Source: an uncultured Candidatus Saccharibacteria bacterium (GTDB lineage: Bacteria > Patescibacteriota > Doudnabacteria > UBA920). Taken from it: a stretch of 64,000 bases of DNA. Within the stretch, counting starts at the first letter, position 1; each line of letters starts with the position of its first letter. Both the position numbers and the translations under genes were made by a program. The notes beneath the pieces are model-generated. The model did not search any database. It was not told the DNA's origin and saw only the letters and a list, made by a program, of their open reading frames with translations. This document shows, one piece after another, positions 1 through 10,185 of the stretch. The DNA lies in contig CAYSUI010000003.1 in assembly GCA_964434195.1 (NCBI GenBank), positions 26,181 to 90,180 on the forward strand, in the 5' to 3' direction.

Positions 1-864
1 TCTGTTGTATCTTACTTTTTACTGAAAGAGCCTACGGGTGAAAACTTGATCCGCGATCCTGATACTTTAGACACTTGGTTTAGTTCAGGCCTTTGGACTT
101 TTTCAACACTGGGTTGGCCTAATCAAACCATTGATCTTGAAACTTTCCATCCTACAGATGTATTAGAAACTGGCTACGATATTTTGTTTTTCTGGGTGGC
201 ACGTATGATACTTATGTCTACGTATCATTTGGGAGAAATACCTTTTAAGACTGTTTACCTTCATGGTTTAGTGCGTGACAAAGACAGGCAGAAAATGAGT
301 AAGAGTAAGGGTAATATTATTGACCCTCTTGGAGTAATAGACACTTATGGGACTGATGCTCTTCGCTTTGCTTTGATATTTTCTACTTCCGCTGGAACAG
401 ATATACCACTGGCAGAAGACAAGATAAAAGGGATGAAGCATTTTGGAAACAAGATATGGAATATATCTCGCTTTATTATGGGTAGCGTAAATAAAACTGA
501 CTGGACTTGGGAAGCAAAGACAGATGCAGATAAAGAGATACTCTCTAAGCTTGACCAGACAATAGAAGCTGTAACCTCACACTTAGACGGATTCAGGCTT
601 CATGAAGCTGCTCAAGAGATATATCAGTTTGCTTGGCATGAATTTGCGGACGTATATATAGAAGCGAGTAAGCAACAAATGCAGAATGCTGACTTGAGTG
701 AAAATACACAAAAAGTATTAGTGCATGTACTAATTAACATTCTTAAATTACTGCATCCATTCATGCCGTTTGTTACTGAGTATATTTGGGGACTATTAAA
801 AGAACGGGGGTTGGTAAAAAATGATCTTTTAATAATTCAAGAGTGGCCTAAAAATGAAAAATAA
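1..864 (+). CDS. valS: Valyl-tRNA synthetase, C-terminal part. The 5-prime end lies outside the window, because the frame is open from base 1.
   Basis: Class I aaRS KMSKS motif (KMSKSKGNIIDP) and the ValRS-typical DTWFSSGLW...TLGWP block. There is no stop codon between base 1 and the first in-frame ATG. Confidence 0.8.
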   Translation, partial: SVVSYFLLKEPTGENLIRDPDTLDTWFSSGLWTFSTLGWPNQTIDLETFHPTDVLETGYDILFFWVARMILMSTYHLGEIPFKTVYLHGLVRDKDRQKMSKSKGNIIDPLGVIDTYGTDALRFALIFSTSAGTDIPLAEDKIKGMKHFGNKIWNISRFIMGSVNKTDWTWEAKTDADKEILSKLDQTIEAVTSHLDGFRLHEAAQEIYQFAWHEFADVYIEASKQQMQNADLSENTQKVLVHVLINILKLLHPFMPFVTEYIWGLLKERGLVKNDLLIIQEWPKNEK

Positions 865-1273
865 AAGTGTAATTGTAATACTTACAGACACTGAGGGGAA
901 CTTTATTCTTCAGGATAGGGACGATAAGCCGGGAATTATTAACCCTGGAGAGATAGCTCTATTTGGCGGGACAATAGAAAAAGGTGAAACTCCCCTACTG
1001 GCAACTGCCCGCGAACTGAGAGAAGAACTTGGAATTGAAATTGATAATTCGAGGGTTGAAGAATTTGATAAATTCTCTACTACGCACGATAATGGCGGAG
1101 AAAGAGATGTAACTGTTCTTGTATATAGAGACGTTGACGTAAATGAAACATGGCTTAAGGAAGGCAAAGGAATCGTAATAATACAGCCTGAGGAAATAGG
1201 AAAACTACCCCGACTAGGAAATAAAGCTCTTGAGATACTTCAAGACTATAATAAAAAAGTCCCTAGGACTTAG
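854..1273 (+). CDS. NUDIX hydrolase
   Basis: Nudix box GGTIEKGETPLLATARELREELGIE (GX5EX7REUXEEXGU). It overlaps the valS stop by 11 bp. Confidence 0.75.
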   Translation: MKNKSVIVILTDTEGNFILQDRDDKPGIINPGEIALFGGTIEKGETPLLATARELREELGIEIDNSRVEEFDKFSTTHDNGGERDVTVLVYRDVDVNETWLKEGKGIVIIQPEEIGKLPRLGNKALEILQDYNKKVPRT

Positions 1274-1308
1274 GGATATAAATTAATACAAATCTTCACT
1301 GAACAATT

Positions 1309-1338
1309 GACGGCCTTTGTAGCCGTCTTTGTTTTGTT
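1309..1338 (+). terminator. Intrinsic terminator after the NUDIX gene
   Basis: GACGGC-ctttgta-GCCGTC hairpin followed by TTTGTTTTGTT. Confidence 0.5.
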
Positions 1339-1359
1339 GATACAATATATGAGTAAATT

Positions 1360-4005
1360 ATGCATGACGAGAAACAAAATTTCGCTTTAATTTCTACTGA
1401 AGAGAGCTTAAAAATACTAGAGACTAGCAAAAATGGTCTTGATAAAACTGAAGTAGAGAAAAGAAGAAAACACTACGGAATAAATGAACTGGCCCAAGAA
1501 AAAGATGAGACTTTGTTTTTAGTTTTTTTGCGTCAATTCAAGGATCCTTTTATATATATGCTATTAGCAGCAGGTATTATAGTCGGGCTTCTTGGAGAGG
1601 TGACGGATACTTTAACCATTTTGGCGGTTTTGTTAGTGAATGCCGTAATCGGAAGTATCCAAGAAGGTAAAGCACAAAATACCTTAAAGGCTTTAAAGAA
1701 ATTAGTGACTACTAATGCTACTGTAATTCGCGAAGGAATAGAAGAATCGGTGCAGGATATAGAACTAGTACCAGGAGACATACTTATACTTCGCGAGGGA
1801 GATAAAGTGAGCGCAGACGCTAGGCTACTAGACGGTAACCTTGGTGTTTCTGAGGCTGCTCTGACTGGTGAATCTATTTCGGTATTTAAGAATACACGAG
1901 TCTTGAAGGATGAAACTGAGATATTTGGACAGAGCAATATGGTTTTTAGAGGGACAGACATTACTTCTGGCTACGCGACTGCTGTAGTAACAGCAACTGG
2001 ACTCAGGACTGAAATAGGAAAGATCACAAAGACCATACCATTAAATCAGACCGGAATTCCTTTGCAGAAACAGATAGAAGTTTTGTCCAGGAGGCTCCTC
2101 TGGTTCATTGGTATTTTTTCTGTTCTTTTATTTGTTATTGGTGAAATTCGTGGATTGGGTGCGGTTCTCATGTTCAAGGTGGCGGTATCGCTTGCGGTAT
2201 CCATGATACCTGAGGGACTACCAGTTGCTATAACGCTTGTTCTGGCTGATGGCGTCTATAGAATGAGCAAACAAAATGCGCTTATTAGAAAACCTCGCGC
2301 TATTGAGTCTCTCGGAGAGACAACCGTGCTGGCGTGCGATAAAACAGGGACACTCACAAGAAATGAACTCCAAGTAGAGAAAGTTTTCTGTGGTGGTAGA
2401 GTTTTTACAGTGATTGGCGAAGGGTACTCTCCAGATGCTGAGATTACTTTTGAGGGTGACAAAATAAAAAATACCTTAGAACCTGAGCTTCAAAATAGTG
2501 CCGTGATAGCTGCACTATGTAATAAAGCTTCGGTAATATACGAGGAAAAAGAAAAGCGCTTTAGAGTATTAGGTGACCCTACAGAGGGAGCTTTGGTTGT
2601 ATTTGGAAATAGACTTGGACTAACCAAACAAACGCTACTACCCCATACAAAAATACTAAGTGAAATTCCTTTCGACTATAAAAAAAGATTTCGAGCCGTT
2701 GCTGTTAAGATAGGAAACAGCAAATCACTTTTAGCGGTCGGCGCTAGCGAAGCAATTCTACCGCTTTGTGGTCTTGAGGCTTCTGAAAAGGAGATTATCC
2801 AAAGGACTATAAAAGAATTTTCTTCTTTGGGACTACGTGTACTAGCAGGAGCCTACAAGTCAGATGTAGAAGTTTTACCCAGTGGAGAACTACCTGAAAT
2901 GGAATTCGCTTGCGTTTTTGGACTTTCTGATTCACTACACTCAGAGGTTCCTGAAATGGTTAGTAAACTAGAAAATGCTGGTATCGCGGTGGTACTGATT
3001 ACAGGTGACAATAAAATAACAGCTGAAGCCATTGGGAGGAAAGCAGGTATTTTGAAAGGTGACGGTTTAGTTATGACGGGTGACGAGATATCGGAGTTGC
3101 CAACAAGCAAAATACATTCTCTACTCTCTAAAATAAAAGTTTTTGCGAGAATAACACCGGAACATAAACTCAAAATAATAGAACTTTATAGAAAGCGAGG
3201 AGATACAGTCGCAATGACTGGTGACGGTGTCAATGATGTCCCTGCTTTGGTGGATGCAGATCTGGGGGTTTCGATGGGGATTACCGGCACTTCTGTAGCA
3301 AAAGAAGCTTCGGATATGATACTCTTGGACGATAAATTAAGCTCTATAGTAGCAGCTGTAGAAGAAGGACGTAATATATTTAAAACTATTCAAAAGGTTT
3401 TGATGTATCTCTTTTCTACAAATGCTGGGGAGGCATTAACTATAACGCTTACGCTTATTCTGGGTCTTCCTATACCTCTCCTACCTGTTCAAATAATTTG
3501 GCTAAACTTTATAACCGACGGCTTTATGACAGTCGCATTAGGATTAGAGAAGAAAGAAGATAATCTACTGCTTAACAAGCCAAGAAACAAAGAAAAATTA
3601 ATAGGCAGAAGTGAATTGAAACAAATCGCATTACATGCGATCGTAATAGCAATTGGCTCTGTACTGGTATTCAACTATTTTTATAAATCAGATTTAGTTC
3701 ATGCATACAGTGTAACCCTCACTCTACTTTCAGTATTTCAATGGTTCAGAGCTTGGAGCAGCAGAGATAGAAACAAATCTATTTTTAGAACAAACCCTTT
3801 CGGCAATCCATGGTTGATTGGTGCTACTTTAATAGTGATTGGGCTTCAGGTTGCGGCGCTTTACACTCCTTTCTTCAACCGAATTTTAAAAACTACACCT
3901 ATTAGTTTTAATGAGTGGGTTGCTATAATTCTTATTGCTTCTTCAATTATTTGGGTTGAAGAGATTAGAAAAGCTATTAACACCAACCGGAGACGATTGA
4001 CTTAG
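1360..4005 (+). CDS. Cation-transporting P-type ATPase (Ca2+/Mg2+-type, P2-like)
   Basis: Phosphorylation motif CDKTGTLT, hinge motif MTGDGVNDVPAL, and multiple predicted TM helices. 881 aa. Confidence 0.85.
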   Translation: MHDEKQNFALISTEESLKILETSKNGLDKTEVEKRRKHYGINELAQEKDETLFLVFLRQFKDPFIYMLLAAGIIVGLLGEVTDTLTILAVLLVNAVIGSIQEGKAQNTLKALKKLVTTNATVIREGIEESVQDIELVPGDILILREGDKVSADARLLDGNLGVSEAALTGESISVFKNTRVLKDETEIFGQSNMVFRGTDITSGYATAVVTATGLRTEIGKITKTIPLNQTGIPLQKQIEVLSRRLLWFIGIFSVLLFVIGEIRGLGAVLMFKVAVSLAVSMIPEGLPVAITLVLADGVYRMSKQNALIRKPRAIESLGETTVLACDKTGTLTRNELQVEKVFCGGRVFTVIGEGYSPDAEITFEGDKIKNTLEPELQNSAVIAALCNKASVIYEEKEKRFRVLGDPTEGALVVFGNRLGLTKQTLLPHTKILSEIPFDYKKRFRAVAVKIGNSKSLLAVGASEAILPLCGLEASEKEIIQRTIKEFSSLGLRVLAGAYKSDVEVLPSGELPEMEFACVFGLSDSLHSEVPEMVSKLENAGIAVVLITGDNKITAEAIGRKAGILKGDGLVMTGDEISELPTSKIHSLLSKIKVFARITPEHKLKIIELYRKRGDTVAMTGDGVNDVPALVDADLGVSMGITGTSVAKEASDMILLDDKLSSIVAAVEEGRNIFKTIQKVLMYLFSTNAGEALTITLTLILGLPIPLLPVQIIWLNFITDGFMTVALGLEKKEDNLLLNKPRNKEKLIGRSELKQIALHAIVIAIGSVLVFNYFYKSDLVHAYSVTLTLLSVFQWFRAWSSRDRNKSIFRTNPFGNPWLIGATLIVIGLQVAALYTPFFNRILKTTPISFNEWVAIILIASSIIWVEEIRKAINTNRRRLT

Positions 4006-4061
4006 CGGCATTTTTGGAATATACTGTTAGCTAAATTTCTAAAACTTTTTGGAGGGATCAC

Positions 4062-4820
4062 ATGAAGAAATACAGCTTGATTCTTTTTCTTCTTTTGTGT
4101 TTGCTTAATCCTGCTTGTAAACAAACCGCGCAAAGTACTGTTCAACAACAAACCCAAAATAATTTTAGCGATAAGAGCTGTGAATTGGAATATGAGGGCT
4201 CTGTCCGAAAGGAAGTGAAATTACGCCCTCCCGGACTCTCTTATGAAAAAGCGAATGACGGAAAGACACTGACCGTACCAGAATGGTTTAGTATGTTATG
4301 CGGAAGGAGATATGAATCGCTTCTAAGGGATAAATTTCCCCAAGATGCCGCACATGAGTCTGAGCATCTCTGGGTAAGAATCAGGGCTTATGTCCTTCTG
4401 GTAAAATCTGAGGAAGATAATGATTATCATATCCAGGTAGCCGCGAGACCCGAATGGTCTGTTAATAATCCTCAAATTATTATTGAGATACCCCCAGGAG
4501 CAAATTACTGTTTAGCTCGACAGAATTTTGAAGCCCTACTCATCGCCGATGGAGGAAAAGTTAGCAATAATAAGACAGGAGACAGAAAAACTCAAGTCTC
4601 TAAGCGTTACTTTTTCAAGAATCCCCCACTTGTTGAAATTAGTGGGTATCTTTTCTTGGATGCACACCACAGACGCCGAGATTCGGTAGATCTATGCAGA
4701 TCTGATGGTGGCCGTGGCGTAAAGGGAAAAGAAGATGGACAGAAACTTCAAGATAGCCCGGTCCAGGGCCTTTGGGAAATACACCCAGTACTTGAGCTTA
4801 CACCCGTTCAAAAAAAATAA
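4062..4820 (+). CDS. Hypothetical lipoprotein
   Basis: Signal peptide with a lipobox-like LLNPAC. GGAGGG RBS upstream. No recognisable catalytic motif. Confidence 0.55.
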   Translation: MKKYSLILFLLLCLLNPACKQTAQSTVQQQTQNNFSDKSCELEYEGSVRKEVKLRPPGLSYEKANDGKTLTVPEWFSMLCGRRYESLLRDKFPQDAAHESEHLWVRIRAYVLLVKSEEDNDYHIQVAARPEWSVNNPQIIIEIPPGANYCLARQNFEALLIADGGKVSNNKTGDRKTQVSKRYFFKNPPLVEISGYLFLDAHHRRRDSVDLCRSDGGRGVKGKEDGQKLQDSPVQGLWEIHPVLELTPVQKK

Positions 4821-4850
4821 CCGAAGGTATTCACCTCTTCGGTTTTTTTA
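4821..4850 (+). terminator. Intrinsic terminator
   Basis: CCGAAG-(11 nt)-CTTCGG hairpin followed by T7. Confidence 0.8.
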
Positions 4851-4872
4851 TTTTGCTTAAAGCACCTCGTTC

Positions 4873-6033
4873 TCACACCCCCTCTATAAGTACAGCGGAA
4901 TTCGCCAGAATAACTGATCTTGTTTCGTCTGACACAAAATTCGGTAATTTGATATGCAGTTCGTCCCTCTTTACCAATCTCAATTTATTGGTGACCTGTG
5001 GTTGATTAATCGAAACTAAGGTGATTGGTAAATTGCATAAATAAACCTTGAATGATCTTACTAACAGCGTATCCCCCCCTATCAACTCTACTTGAATAGG
5101 AAGCATGGTTCCATCTTCGTCGAATTTGATATGGATATTTATCGCCCAGTCGAATGCAGATTCGAAAGTATGCCAGACTAGACTAATTCTGAGACTGTTA
5201 TCCCAATTGTTAGGTTGTATTAGGATGCCCCCTGCATCTCCAGCCAGACCATAGAACCCATGCTCAATAGGCATCTGGTTATACAGCCCTTGGTCCAATA
5301 GCCTGACTACTTCGGAATAGGCCCGAGCATGATCGAAAACTGGTCCTGTTGGGTAAGCAAGACTTTCGTCATACTTTCCACCGGTCTCAAAAGTACGGGC
5401 TTTACACGCCAGACGAAACGAATGGAAGCCTATCCAGAAGAATATACGGTCAAGATGCTCTAGAGTAGCATGATTACTGCAATATTCTAGAGGTAACTTG
5501 TATTCTGGCTGGTCTGAAATGAATCCATCACTATGAGATGTTATCCTTGAGACCTTTGAAACTTTGGTATTATAGCTTCTGTGCATTTTACCAATATCAC
5601 TTAGCAGTTTGGAGTCACCACCTGACACTTCCCAGTCTTTTTTCGTCATGCCACCATCTTTTAGCGGAGCTTCTGTTGTCTCCAAGTAAACTCTGGTGCT
5701 CCAATCACATTCTGGAAGAATGGTTGTGCAGTCAATTATGAATTCCAGACAACCACCTCCTACCATAAAACTACATGCAATTTTTTCTCTATTTCCGCTT
5801 TCGCAGAGATACTGCTTGCAAGTAAATCTACCCGTAAAAAGAGCAAGAGTAATCTGTCTGTATAGCTCACCGAGAGGTAGGTGAGGGATAGGGTGTTTAC
5901 GGGAAAGCTTAAAGTTTCTACCCAGAGATTTTTTCCTCGCTTTCTCAAACAACCTTTCGGCTGAATAATGTAATACAAACAGTACTTTTTGTATTTCCCA
6001 TAGAGAAATGCCGTTATATTCTTTTTGAAACAT
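4873..6033 (-). CDS. Hypothetical protein, 386 aa. The start is reassigned to the internal Met that has a consensus RBS.
   Basis: A long ORF with AGGAGG 8 nt upstream of the ATG at 6033-6031. The track ORF extends to 6102, but that extension has no RBS. No family recognised. Confidence 0.55.
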   Translation of the reverse strand: MFQKEYNGISLWEIQKVLFVLHYSAERLFEKARKKSLGRNFKLSRKHPIPHLPLGELYRQITLALFTGRFTCKQYLCESGNREKIACSFMVGGGCLEFIIDCTTILPECDWSTRVYLETTEAPLKDGGMTKKDWEVSGGDSKLLSDIGKMHRSYNTKVSKVSRITSHSDGFISDQPEYKLPLEYCSNHATLEHLDRIFFWIGFHSFRLACKARTFETGGKYDESLAYPTGPVFDHARAYSEVVRLLDQGLYNQMPIEHGFYGLAGDAGGILIQPNNWDNSLRISLVWHTFESAFDWAINIHIKFDEDGTMLPIQVELIGGDTLLVRSFKVYLCNLPITLVSINQPQVTNKLRLVKRDELHIKLPNFVSDETRSVILANSAVLIEGV

Positions 6034-6100
6034 AAAACTAACCTCCTTCTTGAACTTGGTGAAAAAAAGCATGTTAAGCTTTTTTGAATTACCTGTCAAC

Positions 6101-6131
6101 AAAAAAACTCTCCCCGTGGGAGAGTTTTTTT
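6101..6131 (-). terminator. Bidirectional intrinsic terminator downstream of rpoC
   Basis: A7-CTCTCCC-gtg-GGGAGAG-T7. It sits immediately after the rpoC stop on the minus strand. Confidence 0.8.
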
Positions 6132-6138
6132 ACAACTT

Positions 6139-9100
6139 CTATTCGTTATCGCTAGATTCTTCTGAATCACTTACAGGGGCGCTTACTGGGACTGGGTCGC
6201 CACCTTCTTCACCTACTATGCTGACAATGTTTTCTAGATCTTCATTTATAGAGTGAATTTGGCGGTGCTTGAAACCAGTACCTGCTGGGATAAGCTTACC
6301 AATGATAACGTTTTCCTTTAGACCCTTTAGGAAGTCTGTCTTGCCTGTGACTGCGGCTTCGATAAGAACACGGGTGGTTTCTTGGAAGGAAGCAGCGGCT
6401 AGGAAGGAGTCAGTATTTAGCGAGATCTTAGTAATACCCATGAGGAGCTGTTCAGCATCTGCTGGTCTTAGCCCTTTAGCTACAAGCTTGTCGTTTACGT
6501 CTCTTAAGCGAGATTTGTCTACCATGTCCCCGACAATTAAGTTACTGTCTCCGGACTCGGTAACACGCATCTTGCTAAACATTTGTCTTACGATAACCTC
6601 TATGTGTTTATCGTGGATGTTTTGACCTTGGGAAGCGTAAATATCCTGTACTTCTTCAACTATGTACTTCTGACCGGCTTCGGTTCCTTGAAGAGCCATA
6701 ATTTGAACTGGGTTTAAGTTACCTTCTGTGAGTCTTTGACCTTTGGTAACAAGATCACCTTCTTTTACCTGAAGAGTAAAGGCGGCTGGTACTACGTATT
6801 CACAGACAGAGTCTCCTTCGTGAATAACAGAAATTTTATCTTTCTCTACTTTCGCGATACCTGCGTTTTCTGCTTTAACTTGCTTACCTTCACCACTAAT
6901 GAAGAGGGTTTCACCGACTGCAATGTGTTCACCATCTTTAATGGCTGAGTGAACACCACCGGTTATATGGTAAACATCTTTTTCGGCAGTTGCACCTTCG
7001 ATGCGGATTATATATTCCTTATTGTTAGGTTTAGTAATGTAAGCAACACCGTCTATTTCTGCTAAAGTAGCTTGTCCCTTTGGTTCTCTAACTTCGAAGA
7101 GCTCTTCGACACGAGGAAGACCTTGGGTAATATCTTTTACAGATGCGGATCCACCAGTGTGGAAGGTACGCATTGTAAGCTGAGTACCAGGTTCACCGAT
7201 TGCTTGTGCAGCTACGATACCAACAGCGGAACCAAGTTCTACCATTTTATTGAAACCAAGGTCGTAACCATAACAGAGCATACAGATACCACGGGTAAGG
7301 CGACACTTTAGAACGCTTCGGCACTTCATGGCCTCTATACCGCTATCGGCAATCATTTTTGCTTGCTCGTCATCTATACCTTGATTTCGTTCTACTATGA
7401 CATTCCCCTCTTTGTCCTTAACGGTTTCAGCGGCGACACGACCGAATAAGCGTCTGTCGAATGCTTTGTTCATTTTTTCTGAATCTGCCAAAGTCACTAC
7501 ATCGTAATCGTCGGTTCCACAATCTTCTGCGTTGATAACTATATCTTGCGCAACGTCTACCAAACGTCTTGTAAGGTAACCTGCGTCAGCTGTCTTAAGA
7601 GCGGTGTCAGACATACCTTTACGTGAACCGTGAGTAGAGATGAAGTATTCGAGAATGCCTAATCCTTCTTTAAAGGAACCACGACAAGGAAGCTCAATAA
7701 CAGCACCTGACGGGTTAACAACCAAGCCTTTCATACCGGACATCTGTGTGATTTGAGAAAGTGAACCACGAGCACCAGACATAAAGATATAGTTTACAGA
7801 ACTATGTTCTTCTACTGTACCTTCGACATCCTTAGCGATTTTTTCACTGGTATTTGCCCAAATTTTGATAATTCTTCCTACACGTTCCTCTTCTGTGAGA
7901 AGACCTTCTCTGAACTGGTCGTAAGTTTGCTCTACTTCTATGTCTGCCTTCTCAAGCAAATCATATTTAGCATCTGGCACTCGAAGGTCGTCCATACCCC
8001 AAGAGATACCGGATTTCTTTATGTAGGTAAATCCTGTTCGCTTAATCTCGTCGATAAGATTAGCTGTAACGGTAGAACCATAAAGACGATATGCTTCACG
8101 GACCAAAGCCTGAAGTTTCTTCTTATCGAATCTCTCGTTTCTGAAACCCATTTCTGCTGGGATGATCTTGTTGAATATAAGACGCCCAACACAAGTTTCG
8201 ATAAGTTCACCGGCTTCATTTCTAACTTTTATCTTGGCTTGAATATTGATAAAACCGTTATTGTAAGCAAGCACTGCTTCCTGTGTGTCGGAGAATACCT
8301 TACCTTCGCCCTTAAGACCTTCTCTCATGGTTGTGATGTAGTTACAACCCACGACTACGTCTTTATCTGGTGTCATAACTGGATCACCGCTAGCTGGCTT
8401 GAGCAAGTTATGTGCAGAAACCATGATTTCTTTTGCTTCTTTTTGTGCTAGGTCGGTTAGTGGAACGTGAACGGCCATTTGGTCACCATCGAAGTCAGCA
8501 TTGAAAGCCGCACAAACCATTGGATGAAGCTGAATAGCTTTACCTTCTATGAGAACTGGTTGGAATGCTTGGAAACCAAGTCTGTGAAGGGTAGGAGCAC
8601 GGTTAAGTAATACATAGTGATCTTTCGTTACCTCTTCTAGAATATCGTAAACCTCATTTCTCCCCTGCTCTATTAGACGGTTAGCACTACGAACATTGTG
8701 AGCGTACTCACGGGCAATAAGTTTGGAAATTACGAATGGCTTAAAGAGTTCGAGAGCCATTTTCTTTGGAAGACCGCACTGGTGAAGTTTGAGTTCAGGA
8801 CCCACCACAATAACCGAACGACCTGAATAGTCGACACGTTTACCTAGTAAGTTCTGACGGAAACGACCCTGCTTACCCTTAAGCATATCTGCCAAAGATC
8901 TAAGTTTTCTCTTCTGACCAGTAGAAGCCGTAACTTCTTTTCCATGACGGATAGAGTTATCGATAAGTGCATCGACAGCTTCTTGAAGCATACGCTTCTC
9001 GTTTCTGGTAATAACCTCAGGAGAGTTGATCTCGAGAAGCTTCTTTAAACGATTGTTTCTATTTATTACTCTTCGGTACAAATCGTTAAGGTCGGAAGCT

Positions 9101-10095
9101 GCGAAACGTCCACCGTCCAACTGAACCATTGGCCTGAGGTCTGGTGGAATAACTGGAAGATTATACATAAGCATCCACTCTGGTCTAATACCTGAGTGAA
9201 TGAAAGACTTAACGAGCTTTAGACGGCGAAGGGCCTTTTTAGCTGCCTGACCTTCGAGGTTTTTAAATTGGGCTTCGAGTTCTACTGCGAGTTCTTCAAG
9301 ATTTATTTCTTCTAACAAACCCTTTAGGGCTTCTGCACCGATACCGGCTTTAAATACAGGACCATACTTAAGAGATAAATCTCTATAGGAAAGCTCGGAG
9401 ATAACCTGGTATTTCTTGATAGATTTAAGTTCGCTTCTTGCTTGATCGCGAATACTTTCTAACGCGTCGACTTCCTTCTGCCAGAGATCTTTGAGTCTGG
9501 TTATTTCAGTGTCGATTTCTGCTGCGACTAGATCCTTATCTTTTTTACCAGTGGGGTCCTGCATGGAACTTCTGGTTTTGCCAATAAGGGACTCATAACG
9601 AACTTCGATTTCCTTTTTCTTTGACTTAAACTCTTGTTCGATTTGATCGAGAGTAGTTATTCTGGATTCTTCGTTTACAGCAGTAATAATATAGGAAGCG
9701 AAGTAGACTACTTTTTCCAGTTCCTGAACACCGAGGTCTAAAATAAGACCTAAGCGGGAAGGAACACCACGCAGGAACCAGATGTGCGCTACAGGTACCG
9801 CAAGCTTAATATGACCCATGCGTTCGCGACGAACGGATGACTTGGTAACTTCTACACCACATTTATCACACACTACACCTTTATAGCGAATACGCTTGTA
9901 CTTACCACAGTAACATTCCCAGTCTTTAATAGGACCAAAAATCTTTTCGTCGAAAAGGCCATCTTTTTCTGGACGTTGGGTACGGTAGTTAATTGTTTCT
10001 GGTTTGGTGACTTCTCCGTGAGACCAAGCAAGTACCTGACTTGGACCGGCGAGTTTGATTTTTACACCTTTGAACTCTTCAGTTTGAGTTAACAT
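6139..10095 (-). CDS. rpoC: DNA-directed RNA polymerase subunit beta-prime
   Basis: The N-terminal zinc-binding region (CYCGKYKRIRYKGVVCDKCGVEVT) and NADFDGDQMAVHVP catalytic motif are both present. 1318 aa. Confidence 0.97.
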   Translation of the reverse strand: MLTQTEEFKGVKIKLAGPSQVLAWSHGEVTKPETINYRTQRPEKDGLFDEKIFGPIKDWECYCGKYKRIRYKGVVCDKCGVEVTKSSVRRERMGHIKLAVPVAHIWFLRGVPSRLGLILDLGVQELEKVVYFASYIITAVNEESRITTLDQIEQEFKSKKKEIEVRYESLIGKTRSSMQDPTGKKDKDLVAAEIDTEITRLKDLWQKEVDALESIRDQARSELKSIKKYQVISELSYRDLSLKYGPVFKAGIGAEALKGLLEEINLEELAVELEAQFKNLEGQAAKKALRRLKLVKSFIHSGIRPEWMLMYNLPVIPPDLRPMVQLDGGRFAASDLNDLYRRVINRNNRLKKLLEINSPEVITRNEKRMLQEAVDALIDNSIRHGKEVTASTGQKRKLRSLADMLKGKQGRFRQNLLGKRVDYSGRSVIVVGPELKLHQCGLPKKMALELFKPFVISKLIAREYAHNVRSANRLIEQGRNEVYDILEEVTKDHYVLLNRAPTLHRLGFQAFQPVLIEGKAIQLHPMVCAAFNADFDGDQMAVHVPLTDLAQKEAKEIMVSAHNLLKPASGDPVMTPDKDVVVGCNYITTMREGLKGEGKVFSDTQEAVLAYNNGFINIQAKIKVRNEAGELIETCVGRLIFNKIIPAEMGFRNERFDKKKLQALVREAYRLYGSTVTANLIDEIKRTGFTYIKKSGISWGMDDLRVPDAKYDLLEKADIEVEQTYDQFREGLLTEEERVGRIIKIWANTSEKIAKDVEGTVEEHSSVNYIFMSGARGSLSQITQMSGMKGLVVNPSGAVIELPCRGSFKEGLGILEYFISTHGSRKGMSDTALKTADAGYLTRRLVDVAQDIVINAEDCGTDDYDVVTLADSEKMNKAFDRRLFGRVAAETVKDKEGNVIVERNQGIDDEQAKMIADSGIEAMKCRSVLKCRLTRGICMLCYGYDLGFNKMVELGSAVGIVAAQAIGEPGTQLTMRTFHTGGSASVKDITQGLPRVEELFEVREPKGQATLAEIDGVAYITKPNNKEYIIRIEGATAEKDVYHITGGVHSAIKDGEHIAVGETLFISGEGKQVKAENAGIAKVEKDKISVIHEGDSVCEYVVPAAFTLQVKEGDLVTKGQRLTEGNLNPVQIMALQGTEAGQKYIVEEVQDIYASQGQNIHDKHIEVIVRQMFSKMRVTESGDSNLIVGDMVDKSRLRDVNDKLVAKGLRPADAEQLLMGITKISLNTDSFLAAASFQETTRVLIEAAVTGKTDFLKGLKENVIIGKLIPAGTGFKHRQIHSINEDLENIVSIVGEEGGDPVPVSAPVSDSEESSDNE

Positions 10096-10185
10096 ACTAT
10101 GTTGTGGACCCTAGACCACTTCTCAGTGAGTCTAGAGTCCTCTCCTTATGAATTAAATATTATTAGATTATTCGACCTTTATTAG

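Noticed and set aside
910-1167. Antisense 85-aa ORF inside the NUDIX gene, and similar small antisense ORFs inside the P-type ATPase, rpoB, rpoC, uvrB and other long genes (for example 1533..1961, 6269..6625, 10964..11401, 28446..28757)
   Set aside because: They are fully embedded on the opposite strand of confidently identified conserved genes. They have low-complexity S/P/T-rich composition and no RBS, and are typical of spurious ORFs.
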